From an uncultured delta proteobacterium (GTDB lineage: Bacteria; Myxococcota; B64-G9), in assembly GCA_963754925.1 (NCBI GenBank), contig CAVWHX010000006.1:32001-96000 (forward strand): a stretch of 64,000 nt of DNA, written 5' to 3'. The notes under the pieces were generated by a model. The model did no database searches and was not told where the DNA came from. It worked only from the letters and a program-made list of their open reading frames with translations. Below, in pieces: positions 50,057-59,725 of the stretch (its first letter is position 1; each line of letters starts with the position of its first letter). Both the position numbers and the translations under genes were made by a program.

Positions 50057-52162
50057 ATGGACAAACTTTTTTACCCGGAATCGATCGCGATTGTCGGCTT
50101 GTCGGCAAAGCCGAATAACATCCCTCGGCTGGTCTTGGAAAACCTGATTCGGTGGGGATATCGAGGACGGATATTCGGCGTCAACCAATTATCCAAAGAC
50201 GAACAGGTCGACGGTATCAAGATGTACCAGCAGATGGGCGATCTTCCGATCGTCCCGGACCTGGTGTACGTTCTCATCCCGGCCCGATTTATACCCGATG
50301 CGGTTGAAGCCTGCGGCAAGGTCGGCGTGAAGTGGATGGCCATCCCCTCCGGTGGGTTCAACGAGCTCGGGGGCGAAGGCGACCGGCTTTCCGAACAGGT
50401 GTTGCAAAGGGCTCGGCACTACGGCATCCGATTCGTCGGACCCAATGGCGTCACCGTCGCCAACACGGCCAATGGCCTGTGCCTCCCCTTTGTTCCCTCC
50501 TTCAAGCCCCCCCGGGGCGGGTTGTCCATCATCTCCCAAAGCGGCGGCGTGGGGCTGATGCTCTGGAACCTGATAATCGATGACAACGTCGGCATGGCGA
50601 AGTTTGCCAGCATCGGCAACAAGCTCGACCTTGACGAAGTGGATTTTCTTGAGTACTTCGGTCAGGACCCGGATACCAAGGTGATCTGCCTCTATCTGGA
50701 AAGCATCTCCCGGGGACAAAAACTCATCGAGGTGGCCTCCCGTATTGACAAGCCCGTGATCGTCCTCAAATCCAATACGACGGAGGCCGCCCACAAGGCG
50801 GCCATGAGCCACACGGCGGCGCTTTCCAACGACGACGAGATCATCGATACGGCGTTTGAACGGGCGGGGATCATCCGTATCCGTCAGTTTAATGATTTTA
50901 TCTCCACCGCAAAGGTATTCGCCCTACCGCCCATGCGCGGCAAACGAATCATGGCCATGAGCCCCGCGGGAGGATTCACCGTCATGATGGCGGACCTCTG
51001 CGAGCAGGTCGGCTTTGAATTCGCCGATCCCGGCAAGGAATTCTATGATGAGCTCAAAAAGAGCTCCAACGCCGGCGTGATCAATTTCTCCAATCCCTTG
51101 GACATGGGCGATATCTATGACGCCCAGATGTATCCCCGGATTTTCTACTCGGTCATGCACAATACAAATGTCGACGGAGCGGTGCTGGTTACCCAATGGC
51201 CGGATATGCCGCGCGGCGAAGATGTCTTTTATAGAATGTTTCGCACCGACCTCTCCAAGGAGGTTACCGGGACGCTTCTGTCCTCGGGCAAACCCTTGGC
51301 GGTCTGCCTGTTCGGTCTTTCAAGCACGATCTCCCGGATCAAACAAAACCTCAATTTTCCGATTTTTGACAACGTCCCGGAAATGATAATCGCCCTCAAG
51401 AAACAGAGCGAATACTACGCGAAAAAAGAGCGAGACACGCCGGTGTACCAACTGCCGCCCGGCGTCGATATCCTCGCGGCGAACGCCTGGATAACCGACC
51501 ATACCGGCGTACGGGGCGAGGAATCGCTCGCGTTATTAGAATCGTTCGGCATCCCCGTGGCCGCGTCATCGGTGGCCCGTACGGTTGATGAAGCTCTTGG
51601 CAGCGCTGAGCGTATTGGTTACCCGGTCGTGATGAAGGTTGTTTCGCCCGACGCTATCCACAAATCCGAAGCCGGCGGCGTGGTGCTGGGAGTCGAACAT
51701 GCGACAGCGGTGCGGGATGCCTTTGAGCAGATCAGAAATAACCTGCATCGACACCGGAACGGCGCTGCCTTCCAGGGAGTTCGGGTGATGAAGCAGGCAG
51801 GTGACGGGTACGATATGTTTATCGGCGGATATTACGATGCGTCATTCGGACCGATTGTTTTCTTTGGCTACGGCGGAATCTATGTGGAGGTTTTCAACGA
51901 TACCGTCAATGTCCTGTGTCCGGCCTCCGCCGCAGAAATCGAAAACAAGGTACGCGGACTCAAATCGTATAAAATCTTGAGGGGGGTGCGCGGTAAGGCG
52001 GCAGGCAATGTCGCCGGGTATATCGACATGATTGAGCGGGTGTCCCATCTCCTCCACACATTTCCGCAGATCAAGGAGCTCGATATTAATCCGGTCCGGG
52101 TTCTTGCCGATGGTTCGGGCGTCGTCGCCCTTGATGCGCGGTTGAAAATCGAAGGAGGTTAA
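50057..52162 (+). CDS. Acetate/acyl-CoA ligase (ADP-forming) family, fused alpha/beta
   Basis: CoA-binding N-terminus, SQSGG, SHT phospho-His, GYPVVMK..HKSEAGGV, ELDINP, ALDAR. Confidence 0.9.
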   Translation: MDKLFYPESIAIVGLSAKPNNIPRLVLENLIRWGYRGRIFGVNQLSKDEQVDGIKMYQQMGDLPIVPDLVYVLIPARFIPDAVEACGKVGVKWMAIPSGGFNELGGEGDRLSEQVLQRARHYGIRFVGPNGVTVANTANGLCLPFVPSFKPPRGGLSIISQSGGVGLMLWNLIIDDNVGMAKFASIGNKLDLDEVDFLEYFGQDPDTKVICLYLESISRGQKLIEVASRIDKPVIVLKSNTTEAAHKAAMSHTAALSNDDEIIDTAFERAGIIRIRQFNDFISTAKVFALPPMRGKRIMAMSPAGGFTVMMADLCEQVGFEFADPGKEFYDELKKSSNAGVINFSNPLDMGDIYDAQMYPRIFYSVMHNTNVDGAVLVTQWPDMPRGEDVFYRMFRTDLSKEVTGTLLSSGKPLAVCLFGLSSTISRIKQNLNFPIFDNVPEMIIALKKQSEYYAKKERDTPVYQLPPGVDILAANAWITDHTGVRGEESLALLESFGIPVAASSVARTVDEALGSAERIGYPVVMKVVSPDAIHKSEAGGVVLGVEHATAVRDAFEQIRNNLHRHRNGAAFQGVRVMKQAGDGYDMFIGGYYDASFGPIVFFGYGGIYVEVFNDTVNVLCPASAAEIENKVRGLKSYKILRGVRGKAAGNVAGYIDMIERVSHLLHTFPQIKELDINPVRVLADGSGVVALDARLKIEGG

Positions 52163-52526
52163 GTTAAAAAATTGGGCCCCGAAGCGACGAGCCACACCCT
52201 AAGGGGGGAGGGTAGGTAATAGCCAGTTACGCCGCGGGGCCCTACACGAACTATAACATTCAAGGGGCGTTAATTATTCCTATTGTGTACGATGACATCC
52301 CTTCTTTATTAACTTTCGATAGTAGCAGCCAATCACAAGGAAAAAAGAAGATCAAGAAAATGACTACACGGCCGCTACTTTTAAAAAATATAATATATCC
52401 ACGGTACCTGTGCTGTTGGGAACGTCCTATCCTCACCGGCGGTGCCGCTTATGTAAAAACACAAAGGATAGATTTTACGTGGCGCTGGTATAGACAAGTT
52501 GGCATTAAAGACACACATTTCGACCG

Positions 52527-53285
52527 ATGCTTCCCCATATAAATATTCCCCCACTGAAACTGTTCGGACCTATAGAAATCCATGCTTTTGGCGTTCTCGT
52601 TGCCATCGCGGTTCTTCTGGGCTTCTCGCTGGGCAAACGGCGAGCCGCGAAGGTCGGACTAGATCCGAATGTATGCGCCTCGGGGATGACCTGGGGAATT
52701 TTTATAGGTTTCATCGTTGCGCACTGGGTATCCGCCGTCTTCTACTTTCCGGAGAGGGTAAGCGATGATCCTTGGTATCTGCTCAAATTTTGGGACGGTA
52801 TCTCATCCTTTGGGGGGTTTATCGGGGGGATCCTCGGGACCTACCTATATTTCAGAAGAATGAAGGTATCGTACTTGGATTACGCCGAGGCCATTATCTT
52901 TGGTTTAGTGCCGGGCTGGGCGGTTGGACGATTGGCGTGCACGATCGCTTTTGATCATCCCGGTCTCCCGACTGATTTCATCCTAGGCATGATGGATGAT
53001 CAAGGCGTGGTGAGGCATAACCTCGGCTTGTACGAAATGCTGGCGGCTCTGTTCCTGACCGGGTTACTGTACCTTCTGAAAAATGTGCGACCATTCCGCG
53101 GATTTCATCTTGCGCTGGTCATGGTCCTCTACGCGCCGGTGCGATTTATGTGGGATAGCCTGCGGATAGCCGATAGAACGTATCTCGGGTTTACTCCGGG
53201 CCAGTACTTCGCAATACTAATGGCAGTGGCGGCGGCAGGTTGGATGGCCATGGGGTTAATCGACTTTTTACGATCACGAGACTAA
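52527..53285 (+). CDS. lgt: Prolipoprotein diacylglyceryl transferase
   Basis: FGV, GISSFGGFIGG, GRLAC, RHNLGLYE, RF..D..R. Confidence 0.85.
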   Translation: MLPHINIPPLKLFGPIEIHAFGVLVAIAVLLGFSLGKRRAAKVGLDPNVCASGMTWGIFIGFIVAHWVSAVFYFPERVSDDPWYLLKFWDGISSFGGFIGGILGTYLYFRRMKVSYLDYAEAIIFGLVPGWAVGRLACTIAFDHPGLPTDFILGMMDDQGVVRHNLGLYEMLAALFLTGLLYLLKNVRPFRGFHLALVMVLYAPVRFMWDSLRIADRTYLGFTPGQYFAILMAVAAAGWMAMGLIDFLRSRD

Positions 53286-53295
53286 GGGGAACAAA

Positions 53296-54120
53296 TTGGT
53301 TTCAAAAGAGCTGGCAACCATAACCTACAAAAAAGCATTTATCATTGATATGGATGGCGTCATAACGAAAGGCAGTTCGCTCATCCATGGTTCGAAAGAG
53401 TTCGTCAATCGCCTGAAAAGGGGGCACCACCCGTTTTTGTTTCTCACCAACAATTCGTTCTATACCACCGATGAACTTAGAAGTAGGATGGCTGAGCTCG
53501 GCATCGAAGTGCGAAAAGAGCATTTCTACACCTCGGCCATGGCGACCGCCACCTTCCTGGTGTATCAAAAACCAGGGTGTTCGGCATACGTCATTGGCGG
53601 CAAGGGGCTGTGGCGCGAGCTTGAGAAAAACTCGATCACGATAACGAAGCACAAACCAGACTACGTGATTGTGGGAGAAACTGATGAATACGATTACGCC
53701 AAGATTCGCGAGGCCACTCATCTTATTCAAGAGGGCGCAAAGTTCATCGCCACGAATCCTGATTTGACCGGCCCCACCTCCCGGGGACCGGCCCCGGCCT
53801 GCGGCGCATTGGTTGCGCCCATTGAAAAGGTCACCGGCGTGAGCCCCTATTTCCTCGGCAAACCGAACCCGGCGATGATGTACTGGGCCCGCAGGGCGCT
53901 TTCGGTTCACTCGGCGAATTGTTTTATGATCGGCGACCGCATGGATACGGATATCGTCGGAGGCCTCGAATCGGGCATGACCACCTGCCTGGTCCTGTCC
54001 GGGGTTACCACCCGGGCGTTGGCGTCCCGCTTTCCCTATCAACCGGATTACATTTTTAATGATGTTGGAGAGATCGATCCAAAAACGTTATTGTCACGGC
54101 GCGAACGGTTTCAACGATAG
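53296..54120 (+). CDS. HAD-IIA family hydrolase (NagD-like)
   Basis: DMDGV, LTNNS, ATNPD, GKP, IGDRMDTDI. Confidence 0.9.
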   Translation: MVSKELATITYKKAFIIDMDGVITKGSSLIHGSKEFVNRLKRGHHPFLFLTNNSFYTTDELRSRMAELGIEVRKEHFYTSAMATATFLVYQKPGCSAYVIGGKGLWRELEKNSITITKHKPDYVIVGETDEYDYAKIREATHLIQEGAKFIATNPDLTGPTSRGPAPACGALVAPIEKVTGVSPYFLGKPNPAMMYWARRALSVHSANCFMIGDRMDTDIVGGLESGMTTCLVLSGVTTRALASRFPYQPDYIFNDVGEIDPKTLLSRRERFQR

Positions 54121-54167
54121 GTAGGAATGATTACCCCGGCCCTACGGACTCCTGGGTGGTTGTGAAT

Positions 54168-55877
54168 TCATCGAAAATCAAGCGACTTGATTTCGTGCTC
54201 TTTTAGTTTTTTCGAGAGGTTCTGGCGAGTCATTCCGGCATGGGCGGCGGCCGCGGTGATGTTGCCGTTGAACTGCTTCATTAAGTCCACGAGATAGTTT
54301 CGCACCTGCTGGTCCGTGGCTTTGGTAAACTCTTCCCAAGTAATTTTCTTTCCGCGATCCCCGGTCGGCGACGCCGACCTCGAATCGGCCGGGTCGATAT
54401 TCGCGGGCAGCTTGAGCGAGGAAAGCGTGTCGCCGTCGATGCCAACCACGCTGGCGGCGATCACATTTTTTAGCTCTCGCACGTTTCCTGACCATGAATA
54501 GGTCGTTAGTTGTGCAAGCGCTTCGGGACCTAAAACCGTTACATTGGTTTTACATTCCTCGTTCACCTCGGTAAGCAGAATATGCGCGAGGTGAACCAGG
54601 TCTTCGGGTCGTTTCACGAGCGGCGGCACGACCATCGTATGCACTTGCAAGCGATACATCAGGTCCTGGCGGAACGCGCCGTCCCGCACCATGCTGCGGA
54701 GATCTCGATTGGTGGCGGCGATGATCCGCGCTTTACAGATCAGGTCGCGGGTGCCGCCGATTCTGCGATAGGTGCCGCTTTCGAGAAGCCGCAGCAGCTT
54801 TGCCTGACCTTCAGTGGAAAGCTCGCCAATTTCATCGAGAAACAACGTTCCATCGCCGGCCTGCTCCACCAGCCCGCGGTGCTGCGCCTGGGCGCCGGTG
54901 AAGGAACCTTTTTCGTGGCCGAAGAGCATGCTCACCATGAGGTTCTTGTCCATCATGGTGCAATCCGCCACCACGAAGCCAAGCGTTCGGCGCGAGCTTA
55001 CCGCGTAGAGCGCCCGGGCAACGACTTCTTTTCCCACCCCTGTGTCGCCGGTAATCAGCACCGGGTGCGGTACGTGCGCAAGCGCCATCATTTGCCTGAC
55101 AACCTCCTGCATGGCGGGGCTGCGTGCGATCAGCTGCACTCTGCCGTTGGCCCCCGAAAAACGGTTTTGGGAGGATGCGCTATGCAGTCTCGTGGATTGA
55201 ATCTCGTGGGTGATAGCCTGGAGGAGCCGGTCGCCGCCGACTGGTTTCTCGACCAACTCGAAGATCCCGAGCGTCGCCGCTTTTGACTGAAGATCGAGGT
55301 TGACCTTCTTACTGATAACGACCATCGGCAGATCCAAGGCCAACGCTTTCAGTTCGCGGAGTTCCTTATCCTGATTATCGATGTCCACCACCACCAGATC
55401 CACCTTGTGTTCGGATGCTGCCGACGACAGGTCACTCAGATTGCGGGCTCTGATCAACCTATGACAACGTTCGCTGAGAATCGCCCACATCATGTCCCCG
55501 AGCTGCTTGTCGTTGGTAATGATCAAGATGGCGGTTTTGCCCCCCATGGCGCCCCAGACAATGCGCCTGAGCCTCGAAAGCTCGCGGGGCGGGACGCTCG
55601 TGAACTCAACTCCCATCCCGGCGATGCGGCCCTGGCCGGGTTGCACCGAACGCACCACCCGGGCCTTGATGAACAGAGACCCTTCGTTATCCTGCAAATT
55701 CAGCTCGATTCCGATAACTGAGCCAATCGGATAGATCTGGTCGGTCTGGATGAACATGCCGCCTTCACTGATGTTGGTTTTTTGCGGGGAAGCATTGGTT
55801 AGGGGGTCGGTCGTGCGCACGCAAAGGACGATGTCGACCCTCGGGTGGGCGCGGTTTTCAATTTTCGATTCGGTCAT
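54168..55877 (-). CDS. sigma54-dependent transcriptional regulator: PilZ-REC-AAA+-HTH(Fis)
   Basis: RAHPR/NISEGG; VVVD and KP; GDTGVGKE, GSFTGA, LFLDEIGE, GNVREL; GNITAAA..GMTRQNL. Confidence 0.9.
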   Translation of the reverse strand: MTESKIENRAHPRVDIVLCVRTTDPLTNASPQKTNISEGGMFIQTDQIYPIGSVIGIELNLQDNEGSLFIKARVVRSVQPGQGRIAGMGVEFTSVPPRELSRLRRIVWGAMGGKTAILIITNDKQLGDMMWAILSERCHRLIRARNLSDLSSAASEHKVDLVVVDIDNQDKELRELKALALDLPMVVISKKVNLDLQSKAATLGIFELVEKPVGGDRLLQAITHEIQSTRLHSASSQNRFSGANGRVQLIARSPAMQEVVRQMMALAHVPHPVLITGDTGVGKEVVARALYAVSSRRTLGFVVADCTMMDKNLMVSMLFGHEKGSFTGAQAQHRGLVEQAGDGTLFLDEIGELSTEGQAKLLRLLESGTYRRIGGTRDLICKARIIAATNRDLRSMVRDGAFRQDLMYRLQVHTMVVPPLVKRPEDLVHLAHILLTEVNEECKTNVTVLGPEALAQLTTYSWSGNVRELKNVIAASVVGIDGDTLSSLKLPANIDPADSRSASPTGDRGKKITWEEFTKATDQQVRNYLVDLMKQFNGNITAAAAHAGMTRQNLSKKLKEHEIKSLDFR

Positions 55878-55984
55878 TGGGGGCCTCTAAGATGAGTCTT
55901 GGCAGACAGACTAATTAATAATATCATCGGCCAAACGGTTCGTACAATTTCTGTATTCTTTTTATCAGGGTAAGCGAATCGAAC

Positions 55985-57616
55985 ATGAATAACACGGTCT
56001 TTAAATTTGAGATGCCTCAAAACGAACGAGTCGAGCCGTATGTCCCGGGCTCGGCCGAACGCCAGGCGCTCAAAGCCGAGCTTACCAGGCAGGCGCTGAC
56101 CGAGATCGAGATCCCGCTCATCATCGGCGGCAAGGAAATCCGCACCGCTGCGACCGCTACCGTGGTGATGCCCTGTGAGCATTGCCATGTCCTTGCCACC
56201 TACCATCGCGCCGGCCAGAAGGAGGCGCAGATGGCCGTCGAGGCGGCGCGTGCCGCCAAGCCCGCCTGGGAGAGCATGTCGTGGATCGAGCGCGCTTCGA
56301 TCACGCTGAAGGCCGCCGAGCTTCTCTCCAAGAAGCGCCGCTACCTCCTCAACGCCGCCACTATGCTGGGACAAGCGAAGAATGCCTATCAGGCGGAAAT
56401 AGACTCGGCCTGTGAAACCATCGACTTTTTGCGATACAACGCGTACTTCGCCTCGCAGATATATGCCTTCCAACCGCGTTCGGGTTTCGACCAGCTCAAC
56501 CGCATGGAGTATCGACCGCTCGAAGGATTTATCTTTGCGGTAAGCCCGTTCAACTTTACCTCCATCGCCTCAAACCTGAACCTGTCCGTGGTGCTCATGG
56601 GCAACACCACGGTATGGAAGCCGGCCACCAGCGCGCTACTCTCAAATTACTATTTGATGAAGACCTTTCAAGAAGCCGGGCTGCCCGATGGCGTCGTCAA
56701 CTTCGTGCCGGGTAGCGGGGCCGCCATCGGAGCGGTTGCGCTCGGCGACCGCGATTTGGGCGGCATCCATTTCACCGGTTCGAATGCAACGTTCAATCAG
56801 CTCTGGCATACCATGAGCCAGAATCTCGGTAAGCTGCGCTCCTATCCGCGGTTGGTCGGCGAGACCGGGGGCAAGGATTTTATTTTTGTTCACGCATCGG
56901 CCGACCCGGCCGAGGTGGCGACGGCCATCCTGCGGGGAGCCTTTGAGTACCAGGGCCAGAAATGTTCGGCGGCCTCGCGCGCCTACGTGCCGAGTTCACT
57001 ATGGCCGCAGCTTCGCGAACGGCTGCTCGGCATGGTGGCGGCGGTTAAGGTTGGCGACGTGCGGGACTTCCGCAATTTCATGAATGCGGTCATCGACGAA
57101 GCATCGTTCGACGCCATTATGGGGTACATCGAGAAGGCCCGGCGGGCGCCCGGCGTTGATATTCTCGCCGGCGGCACGGGCGATAAGTCAGTGGGTTACT
57201 TCATCCAGCCGACGATCCTGCAGACCACCGATCCGCATTTCATCACCATGGAGGAGGAGATTTTCGGGCCGGTGATGACCATCTTCGTCTATAACGACCG
57301 GGATTATGAGAGTGCGCTCAGGCTGTGCGATGAGACCTCTCCCTATGGTCTCACGGGAGCCGTCTTCGCCCGTGACCGATTCGCCGTGGTGACGGCGTGC
57401 CGCGTCCTGCGCTACGCCGCCGGCAACTTGTACATAAATGACAAGCCGACGGGAGCCTTAGTCGGGCTGCAGCCGTTCAGCGGCGCGCGGGCATCCGGGA
57501 CGAACGACAAGGCCGGCGGGCCGCTCAACCTGCTTCGCTGGGTGAGCCCGCTCACGATCAAGGAGACCTTCGTCCCGGCGACCGACGGTACCTATCCGTT
57601 CATGGCCGCTGAGTGA
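55985..57616 (+). CDS. pruA: L-glutamate gamma-semialdehyde (P5C) dehydrogenase
   Basis: PFNFT, GETGGK, FEYQGQKCSA, EEIFGP, SGTNDKAG. Confidence 0.93.
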   Translation: MNNTVFKFEMPQNERVEPYVPGSAERQALKAELTRQALTEIEIPLIIGGKEIRTAATATVVMPCEHCHVLATYHRAGQKEAQMAVEAARAAKPAWESMSWIERASITLKAAELLSKKRRYLLNAATMLGQAKNAYQAEIDSACETIDFLRYNAYFASQIYAFQPRSGFDQLNRMEYRPLEGFIFAVSPFNFTSIASNLNLSVVLMGNTTVWKPATSALLSNYYLMKTFQEAGLPDGVVNFVPGSGAAIGAVALGDRDLGGIHFTGSNATFNQLWHTMSQNLGKLRSYPRLVGETGGKDFIFVHASADPAEVATAILRGAFEYQGQKCSAASRAYVPSSLWPQLRERLLGMVAAVKVGDVRDFRNFMNAVIDEASFDAIMGYIEKARRAPGVDILAGGTGDKSVGYFIQPTILQTTDPHFITMEEEIFGPVMTIFVYNDRDYESALRLCDETSPYGLTGAVFARDRFAVVTACRVLRYAAGNLYINDKPTGALVGLQPFSGARASGTNDKAGGPLNLLRWVSPLTIKETFVPATDGTYPFMAAE

Positions 57617-57626
57617 GGAGCCAACA

Positions 57627-58523
57627 ATGACCGGCAAGCATGGTGGTGTTGTCGTACTGGCGGGGATTCTCTTTCTGGTCGGTTGCAGTGAACAGAGAAA
57701 CGTCACGAGTGCATGGAACGCCCGTGCAGTCACCATCGATGGCAAGGGCGCAGAATGGGCCGACGTGCCGCTCGACTATTTCGAGGAAGGCGATATCTCC
57801 TGGGGAATTATGAACGACGCCGACAAACTCTATCTGATTATCGGAAGTTCGAATAAATCCTCGATTAGAATCTTGAGGCAATCGGGCTTGACCGTATGGT
57901 TTAATAGCACCGGGGAGAAGAACAAGAGAGAATTCGGCTTACGCCTGAGAGGCGGCGCGATACGGTGGATACCACCACGGGCAGTGGAGCAACCGGAAGG
58001 CCAGCCGGAAGCGGAAGAGCGAACGGCGCCTCAAGACAGCTATGTCTTGGCGCTCGACCTTACGGTGTTAGACAACCAAGGTCGCGAGTCGCCGATTTCG
58101 ACAAGCGGTGAAGATGGTCCCGCTGCTGCGGCGGGGTGTGACGAAGCGATTTGCTCGTACGAGATGAGCGTTCCTCTCAAAAAAACGGATGCGGTCAAGT
58201 ATGCCATAAACGCCGTGCAAGGAAAAAAGATCGGCATCGGGGTGGAGCTGAGCGTTCCCAAAAGGGGCCGCCGATCCGATGAAGAAGAAACCTCGGGCAC
58301 GGGACCGCACGGGGGTGGCGATCACCACCAGGGCATGGGATCCCGCGGAATGGATCAAGGCGATCACGATATGGCGGGGCGAGGGCCGAGCGGCGACGAT
58401 AGGGATCAGCGCGGGCCGGGCGATCGCAATCCCGATCGCGGCGGCCATGAAAAACACAAACCGATCGAGCTTGAGAAGAAGGGCATCTGGTTATCGGTGA
58501 CGCTCGCGCAGCCCCAACGTTGA
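57627..58523 (+). CDS. Hypothetical lipoprotein with Gly/Asp/Arg-rich C-terminal insert
   Basis: LVGC lipobox; IDG..EW and ND...LYL segments; GAGGAG RBS. Confidence 0.7.
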   Translation: MTGKHGGVVVLAGILFLVGCSEQRNVTSAWNARAVTIDGKGAEWADVPLDYFEEGDISWGIMNDADKLYLIIGSSNKSSIRILRQSGLTVWFNSTGEKNKREFGLRLRGGAIRWIPPRAVEQPEGQPEAEERTAPQDSYVLALDLTVLDNQGRESPISTSGEDGPAAAAGCDEAICSYEMSVPLKKTDAVKYAINAVQGKKIGIGVELSVPKRGRRSDEEETSGTGPHGGGDHHQGMGSRGMDQGDHDMAGRGPSGDDRDQRGPGDRNPDRGGHEKHKPIELEKKGIWLSVTLAQPQR

Positions 58524-58571
58524 AGGACCGCAGAAGACAATAACTAGTGCGATCGCGTCAGGAAGACTCGT

Positions 58572-58940
58572 TTATTCCGATGCGGACCGCGTGGCCTTCG
58601 TTGATTCGTTTTTCCGAGCCCGTCGTTTATGTCTACGATGCCCTCGCTTGTCGTCACCACCAAAGACGTCAATACCGAGATTTAAAAGTCCGCCTACTAC
58701 CGATGGAAGGACGCCCAGCGATAACGCGAATTTCCTTTTCCGATTTGTCGCCTCGGCTTGTTGCTGATCGTCGTCGGCCTCGTCCTTCGGGTCTTGTGCC
58801 TTGCCAGCGATATCGAGCGCCAGGTCGACCAAGCCTTTTTTGTTTTTGGGCGTGGATCCAATAGTAAGCGACCCGGTTGTTCCTGCTTTACGGTCAACTT
58901 TGAGCGCCAAGTCCACCAAACCTTTTTTTGCCGTTTCCAT
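58572..58940 (-). CDS. Hypothetical protein with KKGLVDLAL x2
   Basis: GAGGAG RBS before ATG 58940; repeat conserved as protein despite synonymous changes. Confidence 0.6.
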   Translation of the reverse strand: METAKKGLVDLALKVDRKAGTTGSLTIGSTPKNKKGLVDLALDIAGKAQDPKDEADDDQQQAEATNRKRKFALSLGVLPSVVGGLLNLGIDVFGGDDKRGHRRHKRRARKNESTKATRSASE

Positions 58941-58971
58941 TGTGTTCTCCTCTATTCCTCCGGATTTTGTT

Positions 58972-59511
58972 TTATGCTGCGGGGGAATCATGGGTTATTT
59001 TTTCACCACTGTGTTTTCGTGTCGTTCTGTCTTGCTTCAACAATCGTAGTCGTCTCGGAAATGAAAGAGTAGCTGCGTACGCTTCGCTGAGAAGTTCTAT
59101 CTCTTCTTCAGTAATCGGTTTTAGTTCCAGTTCGTCCGCGTGATCCCGGGCGTACTCAAAAATTCGATAACCTCTGCCTCTTCTGCGCCGATATTTCACC
59201 TTCTCCAGCGCCGAGAGGTTTGAGTCGAAGGCTGCATACAATACTCTTTTGAGCTGCGCCTTCCTGTGCTTCGGATTGGGGTCAAGCTTTTTCTGAAGCT
59301 CTTTCCAAAGGGAGATCAATTCGACTTTCTTCCGGGTGATCTCCAGCACATCCTTCAAAACCTTGTGGAAAACATCTTTCGGTATATCTCGCCGCTTCCG
59401 GCCGTCGGATCGTTCGACCAAACGATAGGATCGTCGAAACTCGGCCTTCTGCTCATCATTCATTTTTTCATAATATTGCATTAGCTCTTCGATGACGTCT
59501 TTTGCTTTCAT
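58972..59511 (-). CDS. Hypothetical basic, helical protein
   Basis: AAGGAGGTG RBS 6 nt before ATG; Lys/Arg/Glu-rich ORF. Confidence 0.7.
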   Translation of the reverse strand: MKAKDVIEELMQYYEKMNDEQKAEFRRSYRLVERSDGRKRRDIPKDVFHKVLKDVLEITRKKVELISLWKELQKKLDPNPKHRKAQLKRVLYAAFDSNLSALEKVKYRRRRGRGYRIFEYARDHADELELKPITEEEIELLSEAYAATLSFPRRLRLLKQDRTTRKHSGEKITHDSPAA

Positions 59512-59571
59512 GTTGAGCACCTCCTTTCAAAATATTTTGTTGTCACCATCATCTTAATTGCTCACGTACAC

Positions 59572-59631
59572 ATTATAAACATTATATAACCTATGTCAAG
59601 TATTATTTACAACTAATATAACATAGTTGTA
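59572..59631 (-). promoter_or_regulatory. Consensus sigma70 promoter with upstream inverted repeat
   Basis: TTGACA-N16-TATAAT (59599-59572); TACAACTA-N8-TAGTTGTA (59608-59631). Confidence 0.7.
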
Positions 59632-59725
59632 TATACAATATAGACGTGGTTAGCGACTATATAGTTAATGGATTGATATTATTGTAATTAAACAGAAGTA
59701 TACTCTGTAATCTGCTTGATTAACC

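Noticed and set aside
52285..52542. 85-aa ORF between acyl-CoA ligase and lgt
   Set aside because: No RBS or motif; AT-rich intergenic sequence
55899..55920. sigma54 promoter for pruA (TTGGCA)
   Set aside because: No TTGC -12 element at the required spacing
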